A stretch of DNA of 64,000 bases from positions 9,576 to 73,575 of the forward strand of contig CAVSVL010000042.1 of assembly GCA_963731025.1 (NCBI GenBank). The letters are read 5' to 3'. This document shows, piece by piece, positions 38,555 to 47,074 of this stretch (position 1 is its first letter; each line of letters begins with the position of its first letter). The notes beneath the pieces were generated by a model that saw nothing but the letters and a program-made list of their open reading frames with translations, was not told the DNA's origin and ran no database searches. The position numbers and the translations under genes were made by a program. This DNA is from an uncultured delta proteobacterium. GTDB lineage: Bacteria; Desulfobacterota; Desulfobacteria; Desulfobacterales; UBA11574.

Positions 38555-38755
38555 GAGAATGGTGTCAAATCTTGAATAGTGAACTAAAATTATTTTAGCC
38601 ATAAATTCAGATATTTATCGTACAGGCGAAGTCCATAGTGGTGATGATTGAATCCATAGAATGCACAAAATCCCAAGCATAAAGCGTAAAATATTCTGAG
38701 GCTATCACTTTATCGAGCCACGCATCTTATCGTTACGTTTCCTCCAAAAAACCGG
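38555..38755 (+). repeat. R2 repeat (about 200 bp), copy a
   Basis: GAGAATGGTGTCAAATCTTGAATAGTGAAC ... CTCCAAAAAACCGG. Collinear and mostly identical with 42540..42740. Confidence 0.8.
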
Positions 38756-38842
38756 CGGACAAGTATCCGGAACTTACAAGGGAATATTAGGATGTCCCTT
38801 AATTTTACCTGGAGGATTATCTGCTGAAATAATAAACGAATA

Positions 38843-38976
38843 GGGGTCTGACCACGATAAATATTTAAATATATAAGAAGAACTCGAAAAGTAGCTGTTT
38901 TTTGGTCTTAAACGCACAATCTTGGGTGCAAAAAGATCGGTCTAAAGATTATTTAAGAGATTATATTTTGTTTAAC
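38843..38976 (+). repeat. R1 repeat, left-hand part
   Basis: GGGGTCTGACCACGATAAATATTTAAATATAT.. aligns with the first ~130 bp of 44046..44281. The right half is absent. Confidence 0.7.
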
Positions 38977-39050
38977 CGGAACGTTTACTTTCCCCCTCAG
39001 TCCTTGCCCTTGCTTAACAGCGTGTGCGCTTATCCATTTATCCGCCTGAT

Positions 39051-41108
39051 TTACTCTGTTACTTTCGAAAGCCGGCACATGAAACTTCTGCCCGAGGGCG
39101 TACCGATAATCGGATTACGCCGGTCGTCGTCGGTCAGACTGTTCAAGTTGTAATCCAGACTCATCTCTCCCCAGCCCCAAGCAATTCGGATCAACCCCGG
39201 TCGGACTGCAGCGGATATTTTGGCGGCCATGATAAGCTGGCCCCGAGGCGTTTCCACTTTTACGCGATCACCATTTGAAATATCGTATGCGGCAGCGTCG
39301 CTGGCGTTCACATCGACGACGCAGCCCTGCCCGCCTTTTAGCAGCGACGGAATTTTTCTGAATTGCGAATGGGTAAAACGGTTGGTCCGGGCGCCGCTGA
39401 TCCCCAAGACGGGATAGTCTTCCTTTTGATCGAGGAAGCTGATCGGCTCCTCAAGATAGCCGTTGGCATAGGGAACCGGTACGAAACCGTTTACCTCGAG
39501 CGTTTTTGAATAAAACTCCACTTTTTTTGAAGGCGTCTTGAAGCCACCGGTTTTATGCTTTTCAAAGGCCATCTCGGCGGCCATGATGCCAGCGGGATTT
39601 TCCCGCAACATGTCGACCGTGATATTGGACGGCGCCAGCTGGTAGTCGATGGCTGCTTCCACCGTCTGCCAGGGGAATTCTTTTTCCAGCCCGATCCGTC
39701 GGGCCAGTTCGAAAATGATCTGCCAGTCCGGCCGGCTGTCTGTGATCGGCGCGATAACCTGATCCTGGATGCGGACCGGACTGTTGCGAAGGCTGGCCCG
39801 GTTGAGCTGGGTCTTTTCAAAACAACTGCCGGCAGGGAGCACCACATCGGCCATTGCGCCGGTTTGATTCATGAACATGTCGATCACCACCAGGAATTCG
39901 ACCTTTTCCAGGGCACGCCGTACCCGGCCCGAGTCCATCAGGGTCACCACCGGGTTACCGGACTGTGACACCAGCATCCTGATGGGGTATGGTTTTTCAT
40001 CCAGAATGGCGTCCACCATACAAGACTGTACATGCCTGCCCCAAGTGTCATTAAATTCGTTGAACAAGGGGTAATCATCGGTAATCGACACAACTCCTTC
40101 AGGTAGCCGGTCTTTGAGTTGAATATTGCGGGCCGGCACCGGCTGAGGGAGATAGTCCCCGCCCTTTACGTCCAGGTTGCCGGTCAGCGCTCTGAGCATA
40201 CCTACCGCACGGGTGGCATCAAAGGCGTCCAGCTGCATGTCCAAACCGTTGCCGTCCACAATACAGGCCGGACGGGTCGTCGCATACACCTGCGCCGCTT
40301 CTTTTATCATGTCCGGGTCGAGCCAGATCTGCCGGGCGATCTTTTCGGCCGGGAACTGTTTTGCTGACTGCTTTAACTGCTCGAAGCCGACGGTCCATTG
40401 GCCGACAAAATCGGCATCATAAAGGTTCTGGGAAATAATTTCATGAATCATAGCCATGGCCAGAAGACCGTCATGGCCCGGTTTTATTTTCAGCCAGATG
40501 TCGGCATTGGCGGCCAGATACGTCTTGACCGGGTCGACCACGATCAGCCGGACGCCGTTCTGTTTGGCATGCAGTATCCCCTCGGCGGCAGTGGGATTGG
40601 TATCACGGTCGTTCTTGCCCCAGACCAGGATGCAGTTTGAAACTTTTACCATGGGCACAGTCATAGCGCCGTAAGTCGCCGTATGGGCAAACTCACGCCC
40701 CACATGACAGACCGATCCGTTTCCGATACTGTTGGGCGAACCAAAGGCATTCATCAACCGGTTAACATAATCCCAGGGCGCGCCCCAGTCGGCCGCCATA
40801 CCTCTCAGCCAACCGACCGATTCAGCCCCGTATTCGTTTTTAAAGCGGTTAAACTGTTCGGCAACCGTATCCAGCGCGTCGTCCCAGGAAGCCTCTCGAA
40901 AGCCGTTGTTGCCATCCTTGATCAAGGGCTTGGTAAGCCGTTCGGGGGAATAGACGATATCGGCGGCAGCCTTTAATTTCGGACAGATCAATTGTTTGTC
41001 GTCGGATAAAAATGACTTACGTTGGGCTGAAATCAACCGGCCGTTTTCGATTTCAGCGACAATCGGACAGCATGATGAGCAAAAACGGCAGATGGTGTGT
41101 TTTTTCAT
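39051..41108 (-). CDS. cytoplasmic molybdopterin (bis-MGD) oxidoreductase, DMSO-reductase superfamily, unknown substrate
   Basis: 685 aa from ATG 41108 (AAAGGAG upstream). N-terminal Fe-S motif CRFCSSCCP...C, no twin-arginine signal, candidate Mo ligand Cys in NGSVCHVG, C-terminal beta-barrel MGD-binding domain. Confidence 0.9.
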   Translation of the reverse strand: MKKHTICRFCSSCCPIVAEIENGRLISAQRKSFLSDDKQLICPKLKAAADIVYSPERLTKPLIKDGNNGFREASWDDALDTVAEQFNRFKNEYGAESVGWLRGMAADWGAPWDYVNRLMNAFGSPNSIGNGSVCHVGREFAHTATYGAMTVPMVKVSNCILVWGKNDRDTNPTAAEGILHAKQNGVRLIVVDPVKTYLAANADIWLKIKPGHDGLLAMAMIHEIISQNLYDADFVGQWTVGFEQLKQSAKQFPAEKIARQIWLDPDMIKEAAQVYATTRPACIVDGNGLDMQLDAFDATRAVGMLRALTGNLDVKGGDYLPQPVPARNIQLKDRLPEGVVSITDDYPLFNEFNDTWGRHVQSCMVDAILDEKPYPIRMLVSQSGNPVVTLMDSGRVRRALEKVEFLVVIDMFMNQTGAMADVVLPAGSCFEKTQLNRASLRNSPVRIQDQVIAPITDSRPDWQIIFELARRIGLEKEFPWQTVEAAIDYQLAPSNITVDMLRENPAGIMAAEMAFEKHKTGGFKTPSKKVEFYSKTLEVNGFVPVPYANGYLEEPISFLDQKEDYPVLGISGARTNRFTHSQFRKIPSLLKGGQGCVVDVNASDAAAYDISNGDRVKVETPRGQLIMAAKISAAVRPGLIRIAWGWGEMSLDYNLNSLTDDDRRNPIIGTPSGRSFMCRLSKVTE

Positions 41109-41279
41109 GAAATCTCCTTTTAAAAAAAGGCCTCCCGGCCCATGGCCCACCATGGTTTTTTGGCTGAGCACCAAACGCGATCCACATTTTAAAAATAGGT
41201 TTTAAATCTGTAGGCATTTATCATATTGCGCAGGATCATAAATACAGGTCCGCATAACACAACGCATGGGCCCCTCGAA

Positions 41280-42221
41280 CTATCTAACGGCTTTTACGTA
41301 GCAGCTTCTGATCTGTTCAAAGTGGTTTTCGTGGGTACGGATCTTCCACCAGATCCGGCCGTGTGTTTCCACGCTCCACGTCGGCAAGAGACGGTTCTGA
41401 TCCCCCTTCAAAAGTGCCATGACATTATCAAGCCCTCTTCCCGAATAAGGTCCGTCGGCCTGTCCGCCCAGCCAGTCTTTTTCAGCGGCAACCTCCTGCG
41501 ACCATGAAAACGGGTCGGATAAAAGAAACTGGGCGCCTGTTTCCGCAGTAACCCGGTTCATTTCCTCGAGGTGTTTAATAGGAAAGGGAACTTTATCGAC
41601 CAGATTCAAAGAGGCCAGTGACGAAACAGCCGACTTTCGAAAGGGAAGCGCCAGGGCATCCCCCACAATAAATTCCACCCGATCGCTGTTCCACGCTTCC
41701 GGCAGGGTCAGTTCGACCTCCCGTGTCAGATACCCCTCCTGCTTCAGAGCGACGGTCATGCGCCTGTTGATCATCAACTCCCGGGCGGCCCGGATAAGGG
41801 CATGCGCGTTGTCGATACCGATGACGAAATCACTCTTTTGGCTCATTTCAAAAGTAAAGCGTCCCGCCGCAGCGCCCACATCGACGGCCAGACCCGAGTA
41901 ATCGCACATCAGGTCCGCCCAGCGACTATAGGCATCAGAGGCGTTTTCCTCATCCAGAAGATCCCCGTAATGGCTCCACAGGTAGGAGGATACGACCGAC
42001 GCGGTTTCATATTTGTTTTCCGCGGGTTGATTGGGATGAAAGGTTTGGGGATCCAGAACAGCCACCCCGTCTTGTATAGGATAATTTTTTCCGCATTGAC
42101 GGCAGTTCAGCACCCCCTTTACGATATTATCTTTTTGTTCCTGACCGATGTGCGCATTCAGCTGGATTTCATCCGGCAGACAGGCGGGACAGATCAACAT
42201 TTCCAAAAGCAGCTTTTTCAA
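41280..42221 (-). CDS. Trm112-like zinc-ribbon domain fused to a class I SAM-dependent methyltransferase
   Basis: 313 aa, TTG start after GGGAGG. N-terminus MKKLLLEMLICPAC...CRQCGKNYPIQDGVAVL (Trm112/DUF343 pattern), then SAM motif I VDVGAAAGRF. Confidence 0.8.
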   Translation of the reverse strand: MKKLLLEMLICPACLPDEIQLNAHIGQEQKDNIVKGVLNCRQCGKNYPIQDGVAVLDPQTFHPNQPAENKYETASVVSSYLWSHYGDLLDEENASDAYSRWADLMCDYSGLAVDVGAAAGRFTFEMSQKSDFVIGIDNAHALIRAARELMINRRMTVALKQEGYLTREVELTLPEAWNSDRVEFIVGDALALPFRKSAVSSLASLNLVDKVPFPIKHLEEMNRVTAETGAQFLLSDPFSWSQEVAAEKDWLGGQADGPYSGRGLDNVMALLKGDQNRLLPTWSVETHGRIWWKIRTHENHFEQIRSCYVKAVR

Positions 42222-42322
42222 TAAAACCTCCCGGGTTGGTCGCGTTATACTTGTGTTTCCGTGTCAGGAAACGTAAAAAGGTAATGGAACGTGGCTTTAC
42301 GGCTTGGATTTTAATTTATAAA

Positions 42323-42533
42323 TTATCTGCAATCCGGCCGGATTGTCAAGTCAGGAATGGCCTCAATCATCCGTTGAAGGTGGGTTACATCATGCGCAAT
42401 CCGACCGATCCTCCGGGTTGGGGATAAAACGCCCTTATGGTAACGGAAGCGCAACACCCGGGTCCCTTTACCGGGGACACTGCTGATGTCGATACGGCCT
42501 TTATGTGCGTCGATAACGGCTTTACAGAGAACT
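42323..42533 (-). pseudogene. 3' remnant of a sensor histidine kinase gene (HATPase_c end), itself frameshifted
   Basis: Directly below R2 copy b: VLCKAVIDAHKGRIDIS, then after a 1-nt shift VPGKGTRVLRFRYHKGV. This matches the G2-box-to-end region of HATPase_c. No upstream HisKA or sensor part. Confidence 0.5.
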
Positions 42534-42539
42534 CAAGGG

Positions 42540-42740
42540 AGAATAGTGTCAAATCTTGAATAGTGAATTAAAATCATTTTAGCCATAATTTCATATGTTT
42601 ATCGTACAAGCGAAGTCCATAGTGGTGATGATTGAATCCATAGAATGCACAATATCCCGAGCATAAAATCCAAAATATTCTGAGGCTATCACTACATCGG
42701 ACCACGCATCTTATCGTTACATTTCCTCCAAAAAACCGGC
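42540..42740 (+). repeat. R2 repeat, copy b
   Basis: Collinear with 38555..38755. Sits between the response-regulator gene and the kinase remnant. Confidence 0.8.
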
Positions 42741-42777
42741 CTTTTAGCCGTAGATTCTCTAAGAAATAGAATTTTCA

Positions 42778-43443
42778 TCAACAAAAAGCTTTTTTGGTTT
42801 GATTCCTCTTTTTTAACCCAATTAATTCTTCTATTTTATCTACGAATTTTTTCATGTCTACGGGTTTTTTAAAAAATATTCCCTTCTTGGATTTGAATTC
42901 AAAATTACCTGAAATAAAGATAAACTTTGACTGGTCCGTTCGGGGATCATTTATTAGTTCTTTGTAAACCGCCCTTCCATCCATTCCTACATCTAAAACC
43001 ATATCTATTATTATGAGATCTTGCGGTATTTCACGGGCAATTTTTATTCCGGATTTACCATCTGTTGCATAGAAAATTATTAGTTCATTTACAGAAAAAG
43101 CACGCATTAAATATGTTTTTAAAAATTCACATACCGATTCATCATCTTCTATTATTAATAATGTCTTTGCTCCTTTGAGATTTTTAAATTCGAATTGGAT
43201 GTTTTTATCCATTTCATATGCTTTTATGTATTTTACGATTTCATCAAGACCCATTCCATTTTTCTTACATGACTCTACAATTTTTTTTCTTTTTAATATA
43301 TCTCCCTTGTCGAAAAGATCTTTATCCCAGATTGATCTACATGCCTTAATCAACCCAAGCGTCTTATATTTTCTTAAAGATTCAAGAGAAACATTAAAAA
43401 GTTTAATGACTTCACTCGTATCAATTAGAATGGTTTCTTTCAT
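42778..43443 (-). CDS. MerR-like HTH domain fused to a response-regulator receiver domain
   Basis: 221 aa, very AT-rich. N-terminal HTH-like segment (IDTSEVIKLFNVSLESLRKYKTLGLI). REC motifs LLIIEDDE, DLIIIDMVLDVGMDG, IFISG, FFKKP. Confidence 0.75.
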   Translation of the reverse strand: MKETILIDTSEVIKLFNVSLESLRKYKTLGLIKACRSIWDKDLFDKGDILKRKKIVESCKKNGMGLDEIVKYIKAYEMDKNIQFEFKNLKGAKTLLIIEDDESVCEFLKTYLMRAFSVNELIIFYATDGKSGIKIAREIPQDLIIIDMVLDVGMDGRAVYKELINDPRTDQSKFIFISGNFEFKSKKGIFFKKPVDMKKFVDKIEELIGLKKRNQTKKAFC

Positions 43444-43619
43444 AACTTTCTAATTTTAAATGTTCTCATCAGTATTATTGCTCAAGCGGGACGAATATGA
43501 TGGTATCTTTCGGGTAGGATCTGATCAGAAGATTTTTAACACATTGGTAAGTCACAACCTGGTTCAGATACCCGTCCTTTTTCCCGTGAATTTGAAAAGT
43601 TTAGCAACCTGTTTGGCAT

Positions 43620-43733
43620 CTATTTACTCGTCCAGATTGCATTTTTTGACTTGGCTGCCACTGATGATAGAATCCCGAGAACCAGCATGACGAGTAGCAT
43701 GCCAGGCATCAAAACTTTTAAAATTCGTTTCAT
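43620..43733 (-). CDS. hypothetical 37-codon ORF with a signal/TM-like hydrophobic core, first ORF after the riboswitch
   Basis: Hand translation: MKRILKVLMPGMLLVMLVLGILSSVAAKSKNAIWTSK. GGGGG 8 nt upstream of ATG 43733. Too short for homology judgement. Confidence 0.3.
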   Translation of the reverse strand: MKRILKVLMPGMLLVMLVLGILSSVAAKSKNAIWTSK

Positions 43734-43861
43734 TTTTTACCCCCACGGTAAAATAATTTGAATTTTATAAAAACAATTCATAAAGTATTTGCTTCTTTTT
43801 TATCACCACCTTCCAAATATTTTTTACAACAAGACCACAAATAGATCGGAAGAACCTAAAA

Positions 43862-43893
43862 ACAAAAAACCTTCGGGCAAACGTTCCCGAAGG
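43862..43893 (-). terminator. intrinsic terminator forming the expression platform of the c-di-GMP riboswitch
   Basis: Minus strand CCUUCGGG-AACGUUUG-CCCGAAGG followed by UUUUUUGUU. Confidence 0.7.
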
Positions 43894-43903
43894 CTATTAG
43901 AAA

Positions 43904-43990
43904 CTTCGGCAGCCCGGCTGTCATAGCTTTTCAGCTTTAGACCCGCGACTTTGCGTCTCCGCCTTTCAACGGATTTGCCCTTTCGATCTG
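43904..43990 (-). promoter_or_regulatory. c-di-GMP-I (GEMM-I) riboswitch aptamer
   Basis: Minus strand GAAAGGGCAAAUCCGUUGAAAGGCGGAGACGCAAAGUCGCGGGUCUAAAGCUGAAAAGCUAUGACAGCCGGGCUGCCGAAG. It contains the conserved GGGCAAA, GAAA-capped hairpin, GACGCAAAG, CGGG..CUAAA and GCCGGG..CCGA blocks in GEMM-I order. Confidence 0.8.
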
Positions 43991-44002
43991 TATTTTAAAG
44001 AT

Positions 44003-44031
44003 ATTATATAAGATTCCGATGTAATTGTCAA
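44003..44031 (-). promoter_or_regulatory. sigma70-like promoter driving the riboswitch
   Basis: Minus strand TTGACA (44031..44026), 17-nt spacer, TATAAT (44008..44003). The aptamer begins about 12 nt downstream of the -10 box. Confidence 0.6.
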
Positions 44032-44045
44032 TAAATTAGGGGAAT

Positions 44046-44281
44046 GGGGTCAGGCCACGATAAGTATTTTAATATATGTAAGAAGAACTCTAAATATAGC
44101 TGTCCTTTTGTCTTAAGCGTACAATTTTGAGTGCTAAATTATAGGTCTAAGGATTATTTTTGAGATACTATTTAGCTTAAAAGGTTCTTTTTGGGGTCAA
44201 AAAGAGTCGAATAAGATGATTTTAGGGCCTATTTTTTTCTTCATTTTATGTTATTATAGATAGTTACTGTGGACAGACCCC
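44046..44281 (+). mobile_element. R1 element, only full-length copy (236 bp, MITE-like)
   Basis: Imperfect terminal inverted repeats GGGGTCAGGCCACGATAAGTA / TAGTTACTGTGGACAGACCCC. AT-rich non-coding interior. Left and right halves match the partial copies at 38843, 53302 and 35865. Confidence 0.7.
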
Positions 44282-44458
44282 AAATAATCTTATCTTGACT
44301 TAATCCATCTCACCGGCCGTTAACTGTTGCAATGGGACCTGCTTTTCTTGAGGAATAGATCCCAATCGGCAGGGGATATTGAACAATGTTAATTTATGCT
44401 TATTGTTTCAAAAGGCACAATAAGTATGTGGTAAAAAATCAAAATCGAGGAGTCGAAA

Positions 44459-45493
44459 ATGAAAGCAACCGTTTTTCAAGCACCTGGAGATGTGCGCGTT
44501 GAGGAAGTACCCGACCCCGCAATCACGGAACCCACCGACGCTATTGTTCGTGTGACCCACGCCTGCATCTGCGGGTCGGACTTGTGGTTTTACAGGGGAC
44601 TTACACCCTTTGAGCCGGGCTGGCGAACGGGACATGAGTGGATGGGGATTGTCGAGGAGGCAGGTCCCGGGGTCCGCACCATCAAGAAGGGAGACCGGGT
44701 GATCGCCCCTTTTGCTTTTTCCGACGGAGACTGTGAATTCTGCCGGAAAGGCCTGCAAACCTCATGTCTTCACGCAGGTTTCTGGGGAATGAAAAACGAC
44801 GGGGGACAGGGTGAAATGGTTCGCGCCCCTTATGCGGACGCCAATTTGGTGGTGTTGCCCCAGAGCATCGAAAATGATGCCGCTCTCCTCAAGGCCGTAT
44901 TGCCCCTCACCGACGTAATGGGGACGGGGCACCATGCTGCTGTCTGCGCAGGCGTCAGCAAAGGCGCGACGGTTGCCGTCGTTGGAGACGGCGCAGTGGG
45001 ATTGTGCGGCGTCCTTGCGGCTCGCAGGCTTGGCGCCGGGCGTATCATTGTCCTGGGCCACCGGGCCGGTCGCATGGAACTGGCCAAAAAATTCGGCGCA
45101 ACCGATCTCGTCATGAGCAGCGGTGATGAAGCCATCGACCGGGTGCTGGAAATGACCAAAGGTGGGGCCGAAGCCGTGCTCGAATGCGTGGGAACGAGCG
45201 ATTCCCTGAACAGCGCAATCGGTATCTGCCGCCCCGGTTGCAGGGTGGGCTTCGTTGGGGTACCCCACCACAGCGCGGAAATGGACTTTAGAAGAATGTT
45301 CTACCAGAACATTGCCTTGCAGGGCGGCGTGGCGCCGGTACGCGCCTATATCCCCGAGCTTCTGGTCGATGTGCTGGCCGGCAGGCTCGATCCTTCCCCG
45401 GTCCTAGATCTCACCGTCAACCTCGCCGGCGTGCCCGAAGGCTACCGGGCGATGGATACACGTGAGGCGATCAAGGTGATGGTCAAGATGTGA
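44459..45493 (+). CDS. zinc-dependent alcohol dehydrogenase family oxidoreductase (MDR superfamily)
   Basis: 344 aa, GC-rich. Motifs ACICGSDLWFYRG, GHEWMGIVEE, structural Zn Cys cluster (DGDCEFCRKG..C), NAD motif VVGDGAVGL. Confidence 0.9.
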   Translation: MKATVFQAPGDVRVEEVPDPAITEPTDAIVRVTHACICGSDLWFYRGLTPFEPGWRTGHEWMGIVEEAGPGVRTIKKGDRVIAPFAFSDGDCEFCRKGLQTSCLHAGFWGMKNDGGQGEMVRAPYADANLVVLPQSIENDAALLKAVLPLTDVMGTGHHAAVCAGVSKGATVAVVGDGAVGLCGVLAARRLGAGRIIVLGHRAGRMELAKKFGATDLVMSSGDEAIDRVLEMTKGGAEAVLECVGTSDSLNSAIGICRPGCRVGFVGVPHHSAEMDFRRMFYQNIALQGGVAPVRAYIPELLVDVLAGRLDPSPVLDLTVNLAGVPEGYRAMDTREAIKVMVKM

Positions 45494-45668
45494 ACATGAG
45501 TTCAGCACGTTAGACCTTCCGGGTACCTGGAACCGGATTGAGCGCTGAACGTAAAACGCAAAACAAACGGTGTCGGCCAGATTTTCAGGCCTCTCCTTAA
45601 ATTATAACATTCGTTTGTAATACTAAAACTTTTGCCTGAGACAGGACAACCACAATATGGGCATCGAT

Positions 45669-46760
45669 TTATTTTCTGACCACATACCAGTTGTTCTGAA
45701 TATCGTGCGCAAGTTGGTTTGTCTCGATCGATTTAAAACCAGCCTTCTTTAGGTATTCCCGCGCTTTTTCTTCACCCCACATGGCACCCAGTCCCTCACC
45801 ACCTTGCGATAGAGAGACCGTCATACAATGCATCGTCGAAATGGTGTAGATGAATGTTCCGATCGGGTGGTCAACATTTTTATAGACGTGGCTTGATCCC
45901 CTAATATCTTGCATCAAGTAAACGCCGTTGGATTTCAAAGTACGGTAAATGCCTTTGAGAACGTTGAGCGGTTTGATCTGATCATGTATGGCATCAAAAG
46001 AAGTGATAAGATCGAACGCCTCAGGTTCGGCTGTTTCGTCGAAATCGCTCAGGTCACGGACCACAAATTCAACATTCTGCATACGTTTCTGTGATGCCTC
46101 AACACGCGCTGTACCGATCGCCTCCACGGAAATGTCCATCCCCGTAAACCGGCTATTCGAATACAGTTCGGCCAACCGGTTCAGTATTCGCCCGCTACCG
46201 CAACCGATATCCAAAACACTGATGCCTTTAGCGAGTCTGTCGGTAAGACCGGACACGAGCGGAAGCACGTGGGACTCGAGCGCCGAAAGCACCGACTGCC
46301 CGCTGTCTTCTGCCATTACGGCGTGGAATCTCAGGAAATCGTCATACGGCACACCGCCGCCTTTTTTGAAACACTCGACGATCTTATCCTCCACAGAGCC
46401 CAGTATACCGATGTACTGGGTGAAAACGGCAAAATTGTCTGCACCCGCCGCCCGGGTCAAAAAAGCGGCGTGTTCGGCCGGCAGCGTATATCTTGCGCTC
46501 TTCGGGTCGACGTCAATCACCCCGGCAGTGACCATGGCTCCCAACCACTCACGGACGTAGCGTTCGTTCAGGCCGGATGCTTTAGCCATCTCCTCCGAGG
46601 TCGATGGGGGCAATGCTCTCATGACATCAAAAATCCCCGTGCGATGCCCAATAGACATCATCAACGACAATGAGCCATAATTGAGTGCCATTAAGAGTTT
46701 TTCTGAAAATGCTTCTGCTTTCTCGGCGTCAAACGCCTTTTGATTATTTTCTGAGGTCAT
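45669..46760 (-). CDS. SAM-dependent methyltransferase with an N-terminal winged-helix/dimerisation-like domain
   Basis: 363 aa from ATG 46760 (AAGGAGGTG upstream). SAM motif I VLDIGCGSGR, motif II GMDIS. The N-terminal ~150 aa resemble O-methyltransferase dimerisation/wHTH domains. Confidence 0.85.
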   Translation of the reverse strand: MTSENNQKAFDAEKAEAFSEKLLMALNYGSLSLMMSIGHRTGIFDVMRALPPSTSEEMAKASGLNERYVREWLGAMVTAGVIDVDPKSARYTLPAEHAAFLTRAAGADNFAVFTQYIGILGSVEDKIVECFKKGGGVPYDDFLRFHAVMAEDSGQSVLSALESHVLPLVSGLTDRLAKGISVLDIGCGSGRILNRLAELYSNSRFTGMDISVEAIGTARVEASQKRMQNVEFVVRDLSDFDETAEPEAFDLITSFDAIHDQIKPLNVLKGIYRTLKSNGVYLMQDIRGSSHVYKNVDHPIGTFIYTISTMHCMTVSLSQGGEGLGAMWGEEKAREYLKKAGFKSIETNQLAHDIQNNWYVVRK

Positions 46761-47074
46761 GAGATTCACCTCCTTGTTAATTTCCACCAGGCATTCGTGG
46801 ATGACATTTGTTCATTTCATCTTCGTTGTTGAGTTTGTCCGTCCCGAGTGTGAGGCAACTCGTCCCAGGTCATATGACGAAAAAATAAGACCAGTTTTTA
46901 AATCAGCCCCGCCTTTAAACGAGATAACTTGTCAGTGTTTGGCGGATCGGACCAATCAAACAGTGTGATTTGACGGCAGAATGACGAAAAAACTGGGGCT
47001 TTTAATGTACTGTTCTAACGTGCTGACATACGAGGCAAAACACTCTCGCCTTTGGAATGAGAATCGGAGCCGAA

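Noticed and set aside
38384-38602. 72-aa ORF spanning R3b and the edge of R2a.
   Set aside because: It is a chimera. Its N-terminal part is the poorly conserved R2 frame (which stops after 17 codons in R2 copy b) and its C-terminal part is the R3-encoded fragment. It was likely created by juxtaposition of the two repeats.
42222-42349. Moco riboswitch in the leader of the methyltransferase/Mo-enzyme operon.
   Set aside because: The leader is about 100 nt with only a short GTTTCC/GGAAAC hairpin, and none of the conserved Moco-motif blocks were seen. A TTGACA-18-TAATTT promoter is possible but weak.
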